Origin: Verrucomicrobiota bacterium
GTDB taxonomy: Bacteria > Verrucomicrobiota > Verrucomicrobiia > Limisphaerales > AAA164-E04
Assembly (NCBI GenBank): GCA_023257935.1
Contig: JALRAZ010000220.1
Span: forward strand, 1 to 43,286
Length of the DNA stretch: 43,286 nucleotides
Direction of reading: 5' to 3'
Part shown: piece by piece, positions 26,791 to 35,789 of the stretch
Layout: the number at the start of each line of letters is the position of its first letter
How positions within the stretch are numbered: position 1 is the stretch's first letter
Program-made: the position numbers and the translations under genes
The notes under the pieces: model-generated
The model's input: the letters and a program-made list of their open reading frames with translations, nothing else
Databases searched by the model: none
Told to the model about the DNA's origin: nothing

Positions 26791-27222
26791 TCATCGGGCT
26801 GACGCGATAAGCGCCTTCAGGCCAAGAAGGTAGCTCTGCTTGCCGAAACCGGCTATCTGGCCCAAGCAGACCGCCGCAATCATGGAATGATGCCGGAAGG
26901 ATTCCCTCGCATGAATGTTGGAGAGATGCACTTCCACAGTGGGCACTCCTGCCGCGGAGATGGCGTCCCTCAAGGCAATGCTGGTGTGGGTGAGCGCTCC
27001 AGCGTTGAGAAGGATGCCATCGAACTTTTGCCTCGCATCATGAATCCAGCCGACCAACTCTCCTTCATGGTTGGATTGCTTGCATTCCAGGATGACTTGT
27101 CCGGCGGTGGCTTCCTGCTGGAGTGCCTGGTTGATCTCCTCCATGGTAACCGTGCCATAAATGGCAGGCTCCCGGAGCCCCAGCATGTTCAAGTTGGGGC
27201 CATGCAGGCAGAGAATATTCAT
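26791..27222 (-). CDS. aroQ: type II 3-dehydroquinate dehydratase
   Basis: 'LHGPNLNMLGLREPAIYG', 'QSNHEGELV', 'LNAGALTHTSIALRDA' and 'VEVHLSNIHARESFRHHS'. All canonical AroQ motifs are present. Confidence 0.95.
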   Translation of the reverse strand: MNILCLHGPNLNMLGLREPAIYGTVTMEEINQALQQEATAGQVILECKQSNHEGELVGWIHDARQKFDGILLNAGALTHTSIALRDAISAAGVPTVEVHLSNIHARESFRHHSMIAAVCLGQIAGFGKQSYLLGLKALIASAR

Positions 27223-27268
27223 TAGATTTTCTTAACCTCAAGCCGCGGAGCTGTCGATGCTGTAATGC

Positions 27269-28780
27269 CTAGTGAGGCTGAATTGCTTCTGGCATTTGCT
27301 GCCGGGCTTGCTCCCAACGGGGTTTGCCCTCCAGGTCGTAGGCAATCAGCTCACCGGAGAAGGTGCCGCATATGATTGACTCTCCCTCTGGCCAAAGAAA
27401 TAAGCAAGAGGCTGGTTTCTGGCTTCGCACCATGAGTTTTTCACGCCCGGTATTGGAGGATTGTGCCCCGGAGTGGGCCTGAAGTTCGCGATAGGAGTAA
27501 AGATCTCCACGCTGGTTGATAGCATAAAGTTGCGATGATTTGTCATACCAGGCCAAGTCCACAAGGCTGTAGGCGTGTTGGCGCCCCAGGTCGTAGAGCT
27601 TTTCAGCCGAGGCCCTTTCCCAGACCTTGATGCTGTGATCATTGCCAGCACTGATCCAGAGGGAATTGTCCTCATTCACGGCCAGAGCCATAACCGGTGC
27701 AGTGTGCCCCTCGAGCCAATCTCGCTCGCGAAAAGTGTCTGATTCCCAGACCTTGATGGTGTGGTCGGCAGAAGCGCTCAGCCAGTAGTTGCCATCGGCC
27801 GTTTCAAGGCAATCAAAGATTTCGTCCTTGTGTGCTTGCCAACTTGCCAGTTCCTTGCGGGTAGCGAGATCATACACATGGATGGATCCCTTCCAGCCTG
27901 GCTGGCTTTCGCAGGCAATGAGCCGACTCTGGTCCTGGCTGATGAGTAACTGAGTGATTCGGCCCTGAAGGCCTTGATTGATTGCGTCGATGACCTCTTT
28001 GGTTTGAGGATCCCAAAAAAGAATGCTCGCGAAACCTCCGGTAATCCAATGGTCTCTACCCTGATCCACGACCACGGCACGTATCGCATCCCTGTGAGGG
28101 GTTTGAATATATTGCGCCCTTGGTTCTTCTTGAGAGAGCTGAGTCAAGACTAGGTTGGCTCCCTGACTGGAGAGCAGGGTCCCCTTGGTGCCGGAGACTG
28201 CCCCAGCCAGCACGGGTTGATATGAGTCAGGAAGAGCTGCTAAGGCCCGAGGATCATTTTCCTGTGACTGAGCGCGCTCCAGTGCCAATGTATCCCAGCC
28301 CATGCCTTGATTGATCCACTGTTCCAGTGTCGCAATGGCCTCAGGGGTCAGTTGGTCTCGAGGTGGCATGTGTGTTTCGCTTTCGGGTGAAAGCGTCTCC
28401 AAGAGATAGCTTCCGGCAGCATCACCAGGTATGGCCACCTTCCCGGAATCACTTCCCAATAGGATGGCCTCTCGACTGTCCATGATCATGCCGCCTTTGG
28501 CCTTATCGGCGTGATGGCAGGCAAGGCAATGCTTGCCAATTAGCTGCATGGCCTCGACGACTTGATCCGATGGGTCGGATTCTGCAACCAGAGGTAGCCA
28601 GAACCCATTGAGGCTGAGTAGGAGGACAACGATGAGAGCAAGCCCTGGTCTGTTGGCGATAGGATTGAACGATGAGTCAGCCTTGGCAAGTGGCCTAAGT
28701 GGTGAGGTGATTGAGTGCGGTGCTCTGGCTGAGGTCTTCAAGACCACTGCCGAGATCATGGTTCTGTAGCAAGGAGCCAT
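27269..28780 (-). CDS. PSCyt1-type CxxCH domain + WD40 beta-propeller protein
   Basis: TM/signal 'LALIVVLLLSLNGFWLPLVA', 'CLACHHADKAKGGMIMD', then WD40 repeats ('SASADHTIKVWE', 'SAGNDHSIKVWE'). The ATG at 28778-28780 shares its A with the prepilin peptidase TGA (TGATG). Alternative ATG at 28759. Confidence 0.75.
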   Translation of the reverse strand: MAPCYRTMISAVVLKTSARAPHSITSPLRPLAKADSSFNPIANRPGLALIVVLLLSLNGFWLPLVAESDPSDQVVEAMQLIGKHCLACHHADKAKGGMIMDSREAILLGSDSGKVAIPGDAAGSYLLETLSPESETHMPPRDQLTPEAIATLEQWINQGMGWDTLALERAQSQENDPRALAALPDSYQPVLAGAVSGTKGTLLSSQGANLVLTQLSQEEPRAQYIQTPHRDAIRAVVVDQGRDHWITGGFASILFWDPQTKEVIDAINQGLQGRITQLLISQDQSRLIACESQPGWKGSIHVYDLATRKELASWQAHKDEIFDCLETADGNYWLSASADHTIKVWESDTFRERDWLEGHTAPVMALAVNEDNSLWISAGNDHSIKVWERASAEKLYDLGRQHAYSLVDLAWYDKSSQLYAINQRGDLYSYRELQAHSGAQSSNTGREKLMVRSQKPASCLFLWPEGESIICGTFSGELIAYDLEGKPRWEQARQQMPEAIQPH

Positions 28781-29928
28781 CACTTCAATGCAGATAGGAG
28801 ATTTTCCAACGGAGATGCCAGAATGCCGAGCTGCTGGTTCCAGAGTGTTCGAAAATCCCCAGGCATGAACATCCAGATAACCGCTGCTAGGGCGATGTAT
28901 GGTCCAAAAGGAAGGCGGCTGGACCATTCTCTGCGACCGATCAGGATGAGTCCTACCCCTAGGATGGCACCGATCATGGAACTTACCATGAGTGAAAAGA
29001 AAGTCGATTGCCAACCCAGAAAAGCGCCGATCGCACCCATGAATTTGACATCACCCAGCCCCATGGCCTCGCGCGGTAGGGTGATGTCACGGCACCATGC
29101 TTCCATATGCGGGATTTTTTCAGGATCGAAGGTCTCCCCATCAATGAGCAGCTTTCCTGGAGAGAGTCGGACCCTCACACCCGCGTAACAACGATCAGCC
29201 AACTCAAGTTTCTCTGCCATGAGAGTGATTTGATCGGTTTTGCGGTAGAAAAGTTCCTCATACGGCACAGCTTCCTCGGGCAGGATCAAATTTGATTCGG
29301 TGAAAACAAGAAGCGTGCAATCGGAGAACTCCACTTTCATGCTGCCAAACATGAGTTTACCCAGTCGGACAATGGCATAGACCAAGAGCCAACCGACTAC
29401 AGCACCGGTAAAGCTAATACTCAAGGCTTCAAAGCGCCCCTCGACCCCATGAATGGAGGGAAAAACCAAAGTGTAAATCAGGCCAGCAGCAATGCCCCCA
29501 AGGGTGATTTCATCTGGAATGATGAAATGATCGAAATCAATCAAGGTTGCCACCAGCAATGCTGAAAGCACTGTGGCATAAGTCACTGCCAAGGCTGTCG
29601 AGATTGGGCCAAACCAATGCCAGCAGGCAACAAACATCAGGCCCGTCCCCAGTTCCATCGCCAAATACCTCACCGCAATGGGCTGATGGCAGTCACGGCA
29701 TCGCCCGCGCAGGCAAACCCAGGTAACCAGTGGAAGGTTCAGATACCATGGAATCATTGCCTGACACTTTGGGCAATGGGAAGGTGGGGTGATGACACTG
29801 ATCCCCAGCGGCATCCGGTGAACGCAGACATTGAGAAAACTCCCGACCATGCATCCCAGCATGAACCAGCAGGCTGACCAGAATTGCCACGGCAGTTGAC
29901 GCCAGTCATCCAGATCCATCCAATTCAT
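28780..29928 (-). CDS. A24-family prepilin peptidase (PilD/GspO-like) with a large internal insertion
   Basis: N-terminal 'GSFLNVCVHRMP', Cys motifs 'CPKC...CRDC', first Asp motif 'LIDFDHFIIPDE', second 'MGLGDVKFMGAIGAFLGW' and 'PFGPYIA'. Start trimmed to the ATG at 29928, 5 nt after the aroE stop and preceded by GGAG. Confidence 0.85.
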   Translation of the reverse strand: MNWMDLDDWRQLPWQFWSACWFMLGCMVGSFLNVCVHRMPLGISVITPPSHCPKCQAMIPWYLNLPLVTWVCLRGRCRDCHQPIAVRYLAMELGTGLMFVACWHWFGPISTALAVTYATVLSALLVATLIDFDHFIIPDEITLGGIAAGLIYTLVFPSIHGVEGRFEALSISFTGAVVGWLLVYAIVRLGKLMFGSMKVEFSDCTLLVFTESNLILPEEAVPYEELFYRKTDQITLMAEKLELADRCYAGVRVRLSPGKLLIDGETFDPEKIPHMEAWCRDITLPREAMGLGDVKFMGAIGAFLGWQSTFFSLMVSSMIGAILGVGLILIGRREWSSRLPFGPYIALAAVIWMFMPGDFRTLWNQQLGILASPLENLLSALK

Positions 29929-29933
29929 GTCTC

Positions 29934-30899
29934 CTAGCCTGCGCTTTCCATTGATTCGACCGATGATCCAGTCGGGTAGATGTGGGTATGAAGCGCTTCG
30001 CGCATGGTTTTCAATGGAGGGGTCTGTCCTGTCCAGATCTCCAATGCAGCCGCCCCCTGGTGCAGGAGCATCCCTAGACCATTTGCCGTTCGACACCCAG
30101 CTAGCCTTGCAGCTTTAAGAAAGGGGGTTTCGGCTGGTTGGTAAATCATGTCATAAGCATGTGATACCTGATCCCAATTTAGAGATTCTCGATCCCATGG
30201 CATGGAGTCGGAGGCCTTGAGCCCCAAGGAGGTTGCATTGAGAATTAAGTCCACCTTCTCTCCAGATTGGGGGTAGCCAATTTCGACCTGCAAGTCTGGG
30301 TGAGTCACCTGCAGTTCCCTGGCAATGGTTTCGCACTTGGAGCGGGTTCGGTTGACCAGAAAAAGTTTTCGTACGCCACCTTCTGGTAGCTTTAGCGCCG
30401 CTACCCGGCCGGCACCGCCCGCTCCGAGCAGGACGCAACAGCTATGTTTGAGGTCCAGAGCGAGATCCTCTCGAATGGAGGTTAGGATTGCCTCGGCGTC
30501 TGTATTGTAGCCAACACTTCGAATGGCCTGAAAATTGCCTGTTTCTTTGGCCTTGCCTACGGGCATCCAACTCCCGTCATGGAGCTGCCCATCAAATCGT
30601 ATGGTATTGACCGCGCCCCAGCGGCGGGCACTTTCATCCAACTCATCCACCCATTCCAGGGCAAGTAGCTTGTGCGGGACTGTCAGATTCAGCCCAACAA
30701 AGTGCATGGAACGCATCCCTTCAAGGACCTGAAGGAGTCGATCGGGGTGCACGTCGAAGGCTAGGTAGCGCCAGTTAAGCTCAAGTTGTTTCAAGCCAGC
30801 ATTCTGCATGGCAGGCGAGGCTGAATGAGCGATGGGGTGACCGAGCACCGCGCAGTAGCGCGTGCTGGCATCGAGGCTATGGTTCCAATGGGCTGGCAC
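29934..30899 (-). CDS. aroE: shikimate dehydrogenase
   Basis: 'AVLGHPIAHSASPAMQNAG', 'GLNLTVPHK', 'GYNTDAEA' and 'LLGAGGAGRVAA'. The start codon at 30899 is GTG, with no in-frame ATG before the conserved N-terminal motif. Confidence 0.9.
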   Translation of the reverse strand: MPAHWNHSLDASTRYCAVLGHPIAHSASPAMQNAGLKQLELNWRYLAFDVHPDRLLQVLEGMRSMHFVGLNLTVPHKLLALEWVDELDESARRWGAVNTIRFDGQLHDGSWMPVGKAKETGNFQAIRSVGYNTDAEAILTSIREDLALDLKHSCCVLLGAGGAGRVAALKLPEGGVRKLFLVNRTRSKCETIARELQVTHPDLQVEIGYPQSGEKVDLILNATSLGLKASDSMPWDRESLNWDQVSHAYDMIYQPAETPFLKAARLAGCRTANGLGMLLHQGAAALEIWTGQTPPLKTMREALHTHIYPTGSSVESMESAG

Positions 30900-31048
30900 T
30901 CCAGATATTTATACGGTGCGAAGCATTAAAAACCATGCCTAATTTTAATTGAAGCGGCATCCGGGAGTGCCTAAGGTCAAGGTGACCGCTCACCCAGCCT
31001 GGTGACCTGTGAAAGGATTGCGTTGTGATCAACCCATTCCACACACTT

Positions 31049-32587
31049 ATGTCACTTGCTCAATTGTATTCTGCTTCCCTTCAGGGAATCCATGCCCAAC
31101 CTGTCAATGTAGAGGTTCACATCGGGGCGGGGGATTTTTCCACCGTGATTGTTGGCCTTCCCGATATTGCCATCCGTGAATCGAGGGATCGGGTCATGAC
31201 CGCGATCCAAACCAGCGGCTTTGCTCCTCCCAAAGGCCGCACGACCATCAACTTGGCACCGGCCGACCTTCGCAAAGAAGGCCCAAGCTTTGATCTCCCG
31301 ATGGCCCTCGGATTACTCGGAGCAACCGATCAACTTCCCTCTGACTGCTTGAAAGGCGTTCTTTGTATTGGGGAACTGGCTTTGGATGGCTCCATTCGTC
31401 CGGTAAGAGGGGCTCTTTCCATTGCATTGTTAGCCACTCAAGCGGGATTTTCAAAGTTGATGCTTCCCGAAGCCAATGCATTGGAGGCCGCTCAAGTGGA
31501 CTCACTTGACATATGGGCTGTCAAACACCTGCGGCATGCCTGTGAGATCCTGCAAGGTCGAAGCCTCCCTATTGAAATCAGCCTCCTGGATGCTCCTTCA
31601 GAATCTGGCCAGGGACTCGAGTTCCAGCCTGATCTGGCCGATGTCAAAGGCCAAAAGGCAGCTCGTCGCGCTTTAGAAATCGCTGCCTCGGGAGGTCATC
31701 ACCTGTTAATGATGGGGCCACCTGGGACGGGTAAGTCCATGCTCGCACGTTGTCTGCCCAGTTTGTTGCCTCCCATGAAGGCTCGAGAAGCCCTTGAGGC
31801 AACTCAGATCCATAGCATCGCAGGGATGCTGCAAGCCCATCAAGGGCGCCTGCTCAATCGTCCGTTTCGGCACCCACATCACAGTGTGAGTGATGCAGGG
31901 CTTCTTGGAGGTGGCAGCTACCCCAAACCAGGAGAAATATCCCTGGCTCATCATGGTGTCCTATTTCTGGATGAATTGCCTGAATTCCGTCGAACCGCTT
32001 TGGAAGCACTGCGACAACCCCTTGAGGAGGGAGAGATCAGCATTGCCCGTGTTCAAGGCTCGATCACGTTTCCCGCCAAGTTCATGTTGATCGCGGCCAT
32101 GAATCCAACCCCAGACGGTCCCATGCCTGAAGAGAGCCTATCGAGCCCGAGAGCCATTGAGCGATACCTAGGTAAGGTCTCTGGTCCTTTGATCGATCGG
32201 TTGGACATGCAGGTGGAAGTGCCTGTGATTCCTTACATGACGCTTTCCAATGAAACTGGAGGCGAATCCAGTCAACGGGTGCGTGAGCGTGTGGAGAAAG
32301 TTCGACAAATTCAGGCACAACGCTTCAAGGACCATGCGGCAGTGGCTTGCAACGCCATGATGGGGCGGAGTGCCCTGAAGACGTTCTGCAAACTTGACGA
32401 AGCGGGTCATCAGATCATGGCCAAGGCCTACGATCAATTAAGTCTCAGTGGTCGTTCCTATGATCGGATCCTGCGGCTAGCCCGAACCATTGCCGACATG
32501 GATGGGAGTGCGTTGATCCGCGCCTCCCATTTGATGGAATCGCTTCAGTTTCGAGGACGTATGGGCAAGAAAATGACCCACACTTAA
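31049..32587 (+). CDS. comM: YifB/ComM family Mg-chelatase-like AAA+ ATPase
   Basis: N-terminal Lon-protease-like domain ('INLAPADLRKEGPSFDLPMALGLL'), Walker A 'GPPGTGKSML', 'GVLFLDELPEF' and a C-terminal Mg_chelatase_C. ATG at 31049 preferred over the GTG at 31025. Confidence 0.9.
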   Translation: MSLAQLYSASLQGIHAQPVNVEVHIGAGDFSTVIVGLPDIAIRESRDRVMTAIQTSGFAPPKGRTTINLAPADLRKEGPSFDLPMALGLLGATDQLPSDCLKGVLCIGELALDGSIRPVRGALSIALLATQAGFSKLMLPEANALEAAQVDSLDIWAVKHLRHACEILQGRSLPIEISLLDAPSESGQGLEFQPDLADVKGQKAARRALEIAASGGHHLLMMGPPGTGKSMLARCLPSLLPPMKAREALEATQIHSIAGMLQAHQGRLLNRPFRHPHHSVSDAGLLGGGSYPKPGEISLAHHGVLFLDELPEFRRTALEALRQPLEEGEISIARVQGSITFPAKFMLIAAMNPTPDGPMPEESLSSPRAIERYLGKVSGPLIDRLDMQVEVPVIPYMTLSNETGGESSQRVRERVEKVRQIQAQRFKDHAAVACNAMMGRSALKTFCKLDEAGHQIMAKAYDQLSLSGRSYDRILRLARTIADMDGSALIRASHLMESLQFRGRMGKKMTHT

Positions 32588-32641
32588 GGCAGCATGATTT
32601 GTCTTGCTAAGACCGGGCAGATACAGCGATCTGGTTAGCTC

Positions 32642-34021
32642 ATGTCAGTCAGTCACCATAAGGGCCGCTGCAATGCAGCTGCCTGGTTCTCTCCGTCCAT
32701 TCCATGGCGGCCGGAGCGTTGGCCCTTCTTCTATGGATGGGTCGTGGTGATGGCCGCCACACTGGGGACGGTCTTCAGTATTCCCGGGCAGACCATGGGT
32801 TTCAGTGTCTTTACCGAGATCCTCATGGAAGAACTGGGGCTTTCGCGGGTCAGTCTCAGCGTATCCTATTGCTTGGGAACCGTTCTCAGTGGCCTGAGCT
32901 TGCCCTTGATGGGGAAATGGATGGATCGATGGGGTGAGAGGCGGATGGGGCTGATCGCTGTGATTGCCAACTTTCTGATCCTGATGTACCTCAGCCAGGT
33001 CGCGCGTATCGTTCAATACCTCAAGCCATCTTTTTTGAACCAAGGTGATTTCTGGGTTCCCTTTGTCATGATCACCCTTGGTTTTTTTCTCATTCGACTT
33101 TCAGCCCAAGGTGTCCTTTCCATGGCTTGCCGCAACTTAATGGGGCGTTGGTTTGATCAACGTCGAGGGCTGGTTTTTGCCTTGAGTAGTCTGGTGGTTT
33201 CTTTGTCTTTCTCCCTCGCTCCCCGCTGGCTTGATCAACTCACTGCCGAGTTCGGCTACCAGGGTGCCTGGCAAACCGTTGCGTGGTGCAGTTTGCTGAT
33301 CATGGCTCCTGTGGCCTGGGCCTGTTTTCGGGACCAGCCCGAAGAGAGTGGTCTCTTGATGGACGGCCGGCCCCCAGGGTTGGTAAAGCCTTTGATTGAA
33401 GACATGGTCATCCATCAGGAGATGAATCTGAATCAGACTCTGAAAACTTATGCCTTCTGGGCGTTCAATCTATCCTTCGCCTTTTATGCGATGTTCGCCA
33501 CTGCCTTCACTTTCCACCTGATCTCACTGGGAGAATCTTTTGGCTTCGAACAGGCGGGAATGATCCGTTTCTTTTTCCCGATGGCAATCATCAGTATCCT
33601 GACCAATCTTTTATTTGGCTGGCTCAATAGCAGGATGCGTCTGAAATACCTTCTAGGTGTGATGAATCTGGGTAGTGTGGTTGGGGTGGCAGGCTTGTGT
33701 GCGCTTGATACCCAAGTTGGTCCATTGGCTTATGTCCTCGGCAATGGGGTGGCCGGGGGCGGCTTTGTGTGTCTGTCAGGAATTGTCTGGCCACGTTTTT
33801 TTGGGAGGGCCCACCTTGGATCGATCAGCGGAGTCAACATGTCGACCATGGTGATCGCCAGCGGCTTGGGACCACTTGTTTATGGGATGACCCAACAGTG
33901 GTTTGGTTCGTATCAGCCCGTGCTTTGGTTGAGCCTTCTGTTGCCGATTTTCCTCATGGTTGGCAGTTTTTGGGCTGATAACCCGCAACGCACTCCAGCT
34001 GATTACTTGGCATCACGCTGA
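32642..34021 (+). CDS. MFS transporter (oxalate/formate antiporter-like)
   Basis: About 12 predicted TM helices. N-terminal 'FFYGWVVVMAATLG' and loop 'GKWMDRWGERR' are typical of MFS/OFA-type proteins. Confidence 0.8.
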   Translation: MSVSHHKGRCNAAAWFSPSIPWRPERWPFFYGWVVVMAATLGTVFSIPGQTMGFSVFTEILMEELGLSRVSLSVSYCLGTVLSGLSLPLMGKWMDRWGERRMGLIAVIANFLILMYLSQVARIVQYLKPSFLNQGDFWVPFVMITLGFFLIRLSAQGVLSMACRNLMGRWFDQRRGLVFALSSLVVSLSFSLAPRWLDQLTAEFGYQGAWQTVAWCSLLIMAPVAWACFRDQPEESGLLMDGRPPGLVKPLIEDMVIHQEMNLNQTLKTYAFWAFNLSFAFYAMFATAFTFHLISLGESFGFEQAGMIRFFFPMAIISILTNLLFGWLNSRMRLKYLLGVMNLGSVVGVAGLCALDTQVGPLAYVLGNGVAGGGFVCLSGIVWPRFFGRAHLGSISGVNMSTMVIASGLGPLVYGMTQQWFGSYQPVLWLSLLLPIFLMVGSFWADNPQRTPADYLASR

Positions 34022-34086
34022 GCTCCAGGGGGCACCGACCTCCAGCTTGAATTTGACCTGCTTTATCATAGGATGAACCCCTGATC

Positions 34087-34884
34087 ATGGTAATGAAACC
34101 TTCTAGTCAAAGGCTTTTACTGGCCTACCGATGGCCGCTGACCCTGCTGCTCTCGGCTGCAATGATCTCAATGAGCCTCATGCTGGGTGGCTGGTGGTTT
34201 GGGCGTGGGTTAAGCAGTGGTGTTGACCAGGCTCTCAACGCCTCGGATCGAGCCATTGAGGGACTTGGAGCAATGGTAGGGGAGGTGACCAGTCTTACGG
34301 TGACCCAGTCTTTTGTGGCCTCATTGCCCACGATTGCGGACGCGGGAGGTGGCCGGCTAGAGCTGGCCAGTGTGGAGCGCAATGAGACCCTTCGGGATGT
34401 GGACACCCTTTCCTTGTTTGGGGAGAGCTTTTCCCTTGGAACCTCGGTCGCTGAAATCAAGGTGCCAGTGGTTTATCGTTATTACATTGATCTGGAAGAA
34501 GCTTGGGAATTGGACCTCCAGGATGGCCTTTGTCGCGTGTTGGCCCCCAGGCTACGCGCCTCGCTGCCTCCAGCCATCCAGACCCAGCATATGGAGAAAA
34601 AAATTGAGAACGGTTGGGCTCGTTTCAACGGTAGCCAGAAAATGCAGGAACTGGAAAAGCAACTTACCCCAACCCTGGTTCAATATGCTGAGGAGGCCTC
34701 ACTCATGATTTTGGTCAAGCAACAGGCAAGGAAGTCCCTTTCGCGCTTCGTGCACCAATGGTTGTTGCAGCAGCCATTGGGGAAGGATCTCGCTTCGGTT
34801 GGTTTTGTGCAAATCCGATTCGCAGGAGAAGAGGGTGGGTGGGGTGATGTCCCTGCCTACGTCCAACCTGAGCCAGAGGATTGA
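34087..34884 (+). CDS. membrane-anchored hypothetical protein (possibly DUF4230-like)
   Basis: N-terminal TM 'LTLLLSAAMISMSLMLGGWWF'. The layout 'AEIKVPVVYRYYIDLEE...CRVLAPRLRASLPP' resembles DUF4230 by eye only. Confidence 0.5.
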   Translation: MVMKPSSQRLLLAYRWPLTLLLSAAMISMSLMLGGWWFGRGLSSGVDQALNASDRAIEGLGAMVGEVTSLTVTQSFVASLPTIADAGGGRLELASVERNETLRDVDTLSLFGESFSLGTSVAEIKVPVVYRYYIDLEEAWELDLQDGLCRVLAPRLRASLPPAIQTQHMEKKIENGWARFNGSQKMQELEKQLTPTLVQYAEEASLMILVKQQARKSLSRFVHQWLLQQPLGKDLASVGFVQIRFAGEEGGWGDVPAYVQPEPED

Positions 34885-34922
34885 GGGACCTTAGATTTCA
34901 GAACGGCTTCGGTTCGAGCGGG

Positions 34923-35789
34923 TCATGGCGCGCTGGACTGCCGATCTGTGGCATGAGTCTGAAGCCATTTCAGGTCCGGATTGTTGGGTGAGGGCTCGTA
35001 ATGCAGGATGGTCCGGTTGGTGATGGTTCTTTGATCCTGCCATCGTTGGAGGCTGGCATGACCATCAGCAAACCCCACCACCGCCCCCCCACCATGGTAG
35101 GCCCCCGGGATGTGGAAAAAGGCAGTACTTTCTCCCATAGGGGTGACAAATCCGGCAAAGCAAATGCTGTCTCGGTTGACATCCAGAAACGTGAAAACTT
35201 GACTGGCATTCATGCCGGCCAGGTGGCCTGACTTCGCGTAACCATGAGCCTTAGCGTCGAACCCATTTGCAGCCGGGTAGGTCCATGCCATAAGGTGGTT
35301 GAGTGCATAACTTCGATTGCCACGGTAATGCACCCCTTGGAAAAAAGTCGTACCACGGTCCGCAGGGCATTTGTAACTGCCCGCTGAGGTAATATAGCCC
35401 CCATGGGCAAAGGCCGAATATTTTGAATCAGTGAGCATTTGCACATTGGTATGAACGGAGCGATTCATATGCGTGCTCCCAGTGACCCAAGGCCGCTGTT
35501 GGCCCAACTCCTCCTCGGTTTCCACATAACCGTTGGGAACGAGTGCCTGGTGGTCATCAGCATAGGTAAGCCAGGCCAGATTAAGCTGACGGTGGTTATT
35601 GAGGCATGCCGCCTGGTAGCCTGCAGCTTTAGCCCGTGAGAGGGCAGGCAAAAGCATCCCGGCCAGGATGGCAACAATGGCAATCACGACAAGCAACTCG
35701 ATCAAGGTGAAACCTTGACCAGCACCCCAACCAGGTAGCTCCCTTAGAACCTGGGTTGTGGGTTTCCTTTTGTAAGGCTTTGGCAACAT
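34923..35789 (-). CDS. DUF1559 (H-X9-DG) protein with prepilin-type N-terminal cleavage/methylation domain
   Basis: 'GFTLIELLVVIAIVAILAGMLLPALSRAK' class III signal/pseudopilin N-terminus and C-terminal 'HGGGAVVGFADGH' (H-X9-DG). Confidence 0.85.
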   Translation of the reverse strand: MLPKPYKRKPTTQVLRELPGWGAGQGFTLIELLVVIAIVAILAGMLLPALSRAKAAGYQAACLNNHRQLNLAWLTYADDHQALVPNGYVETEEELGQQRPWVTGSTHMNRSVHTNVQMLTDSKYSAFAHGGYITSAGSYKCPADRGTTFFQGVHYRGNRSYALNHLMAWTYPAANGFDAKAHGYAKSGHLAGMNASQVFTFLDVNRDSICFAGFVTPMGESTAFFHIPGAYHGGGAVVGFADGHASLQRWQDQRTITNRTILHYEPSPNNPDLKWLQTHATDRQSSAP

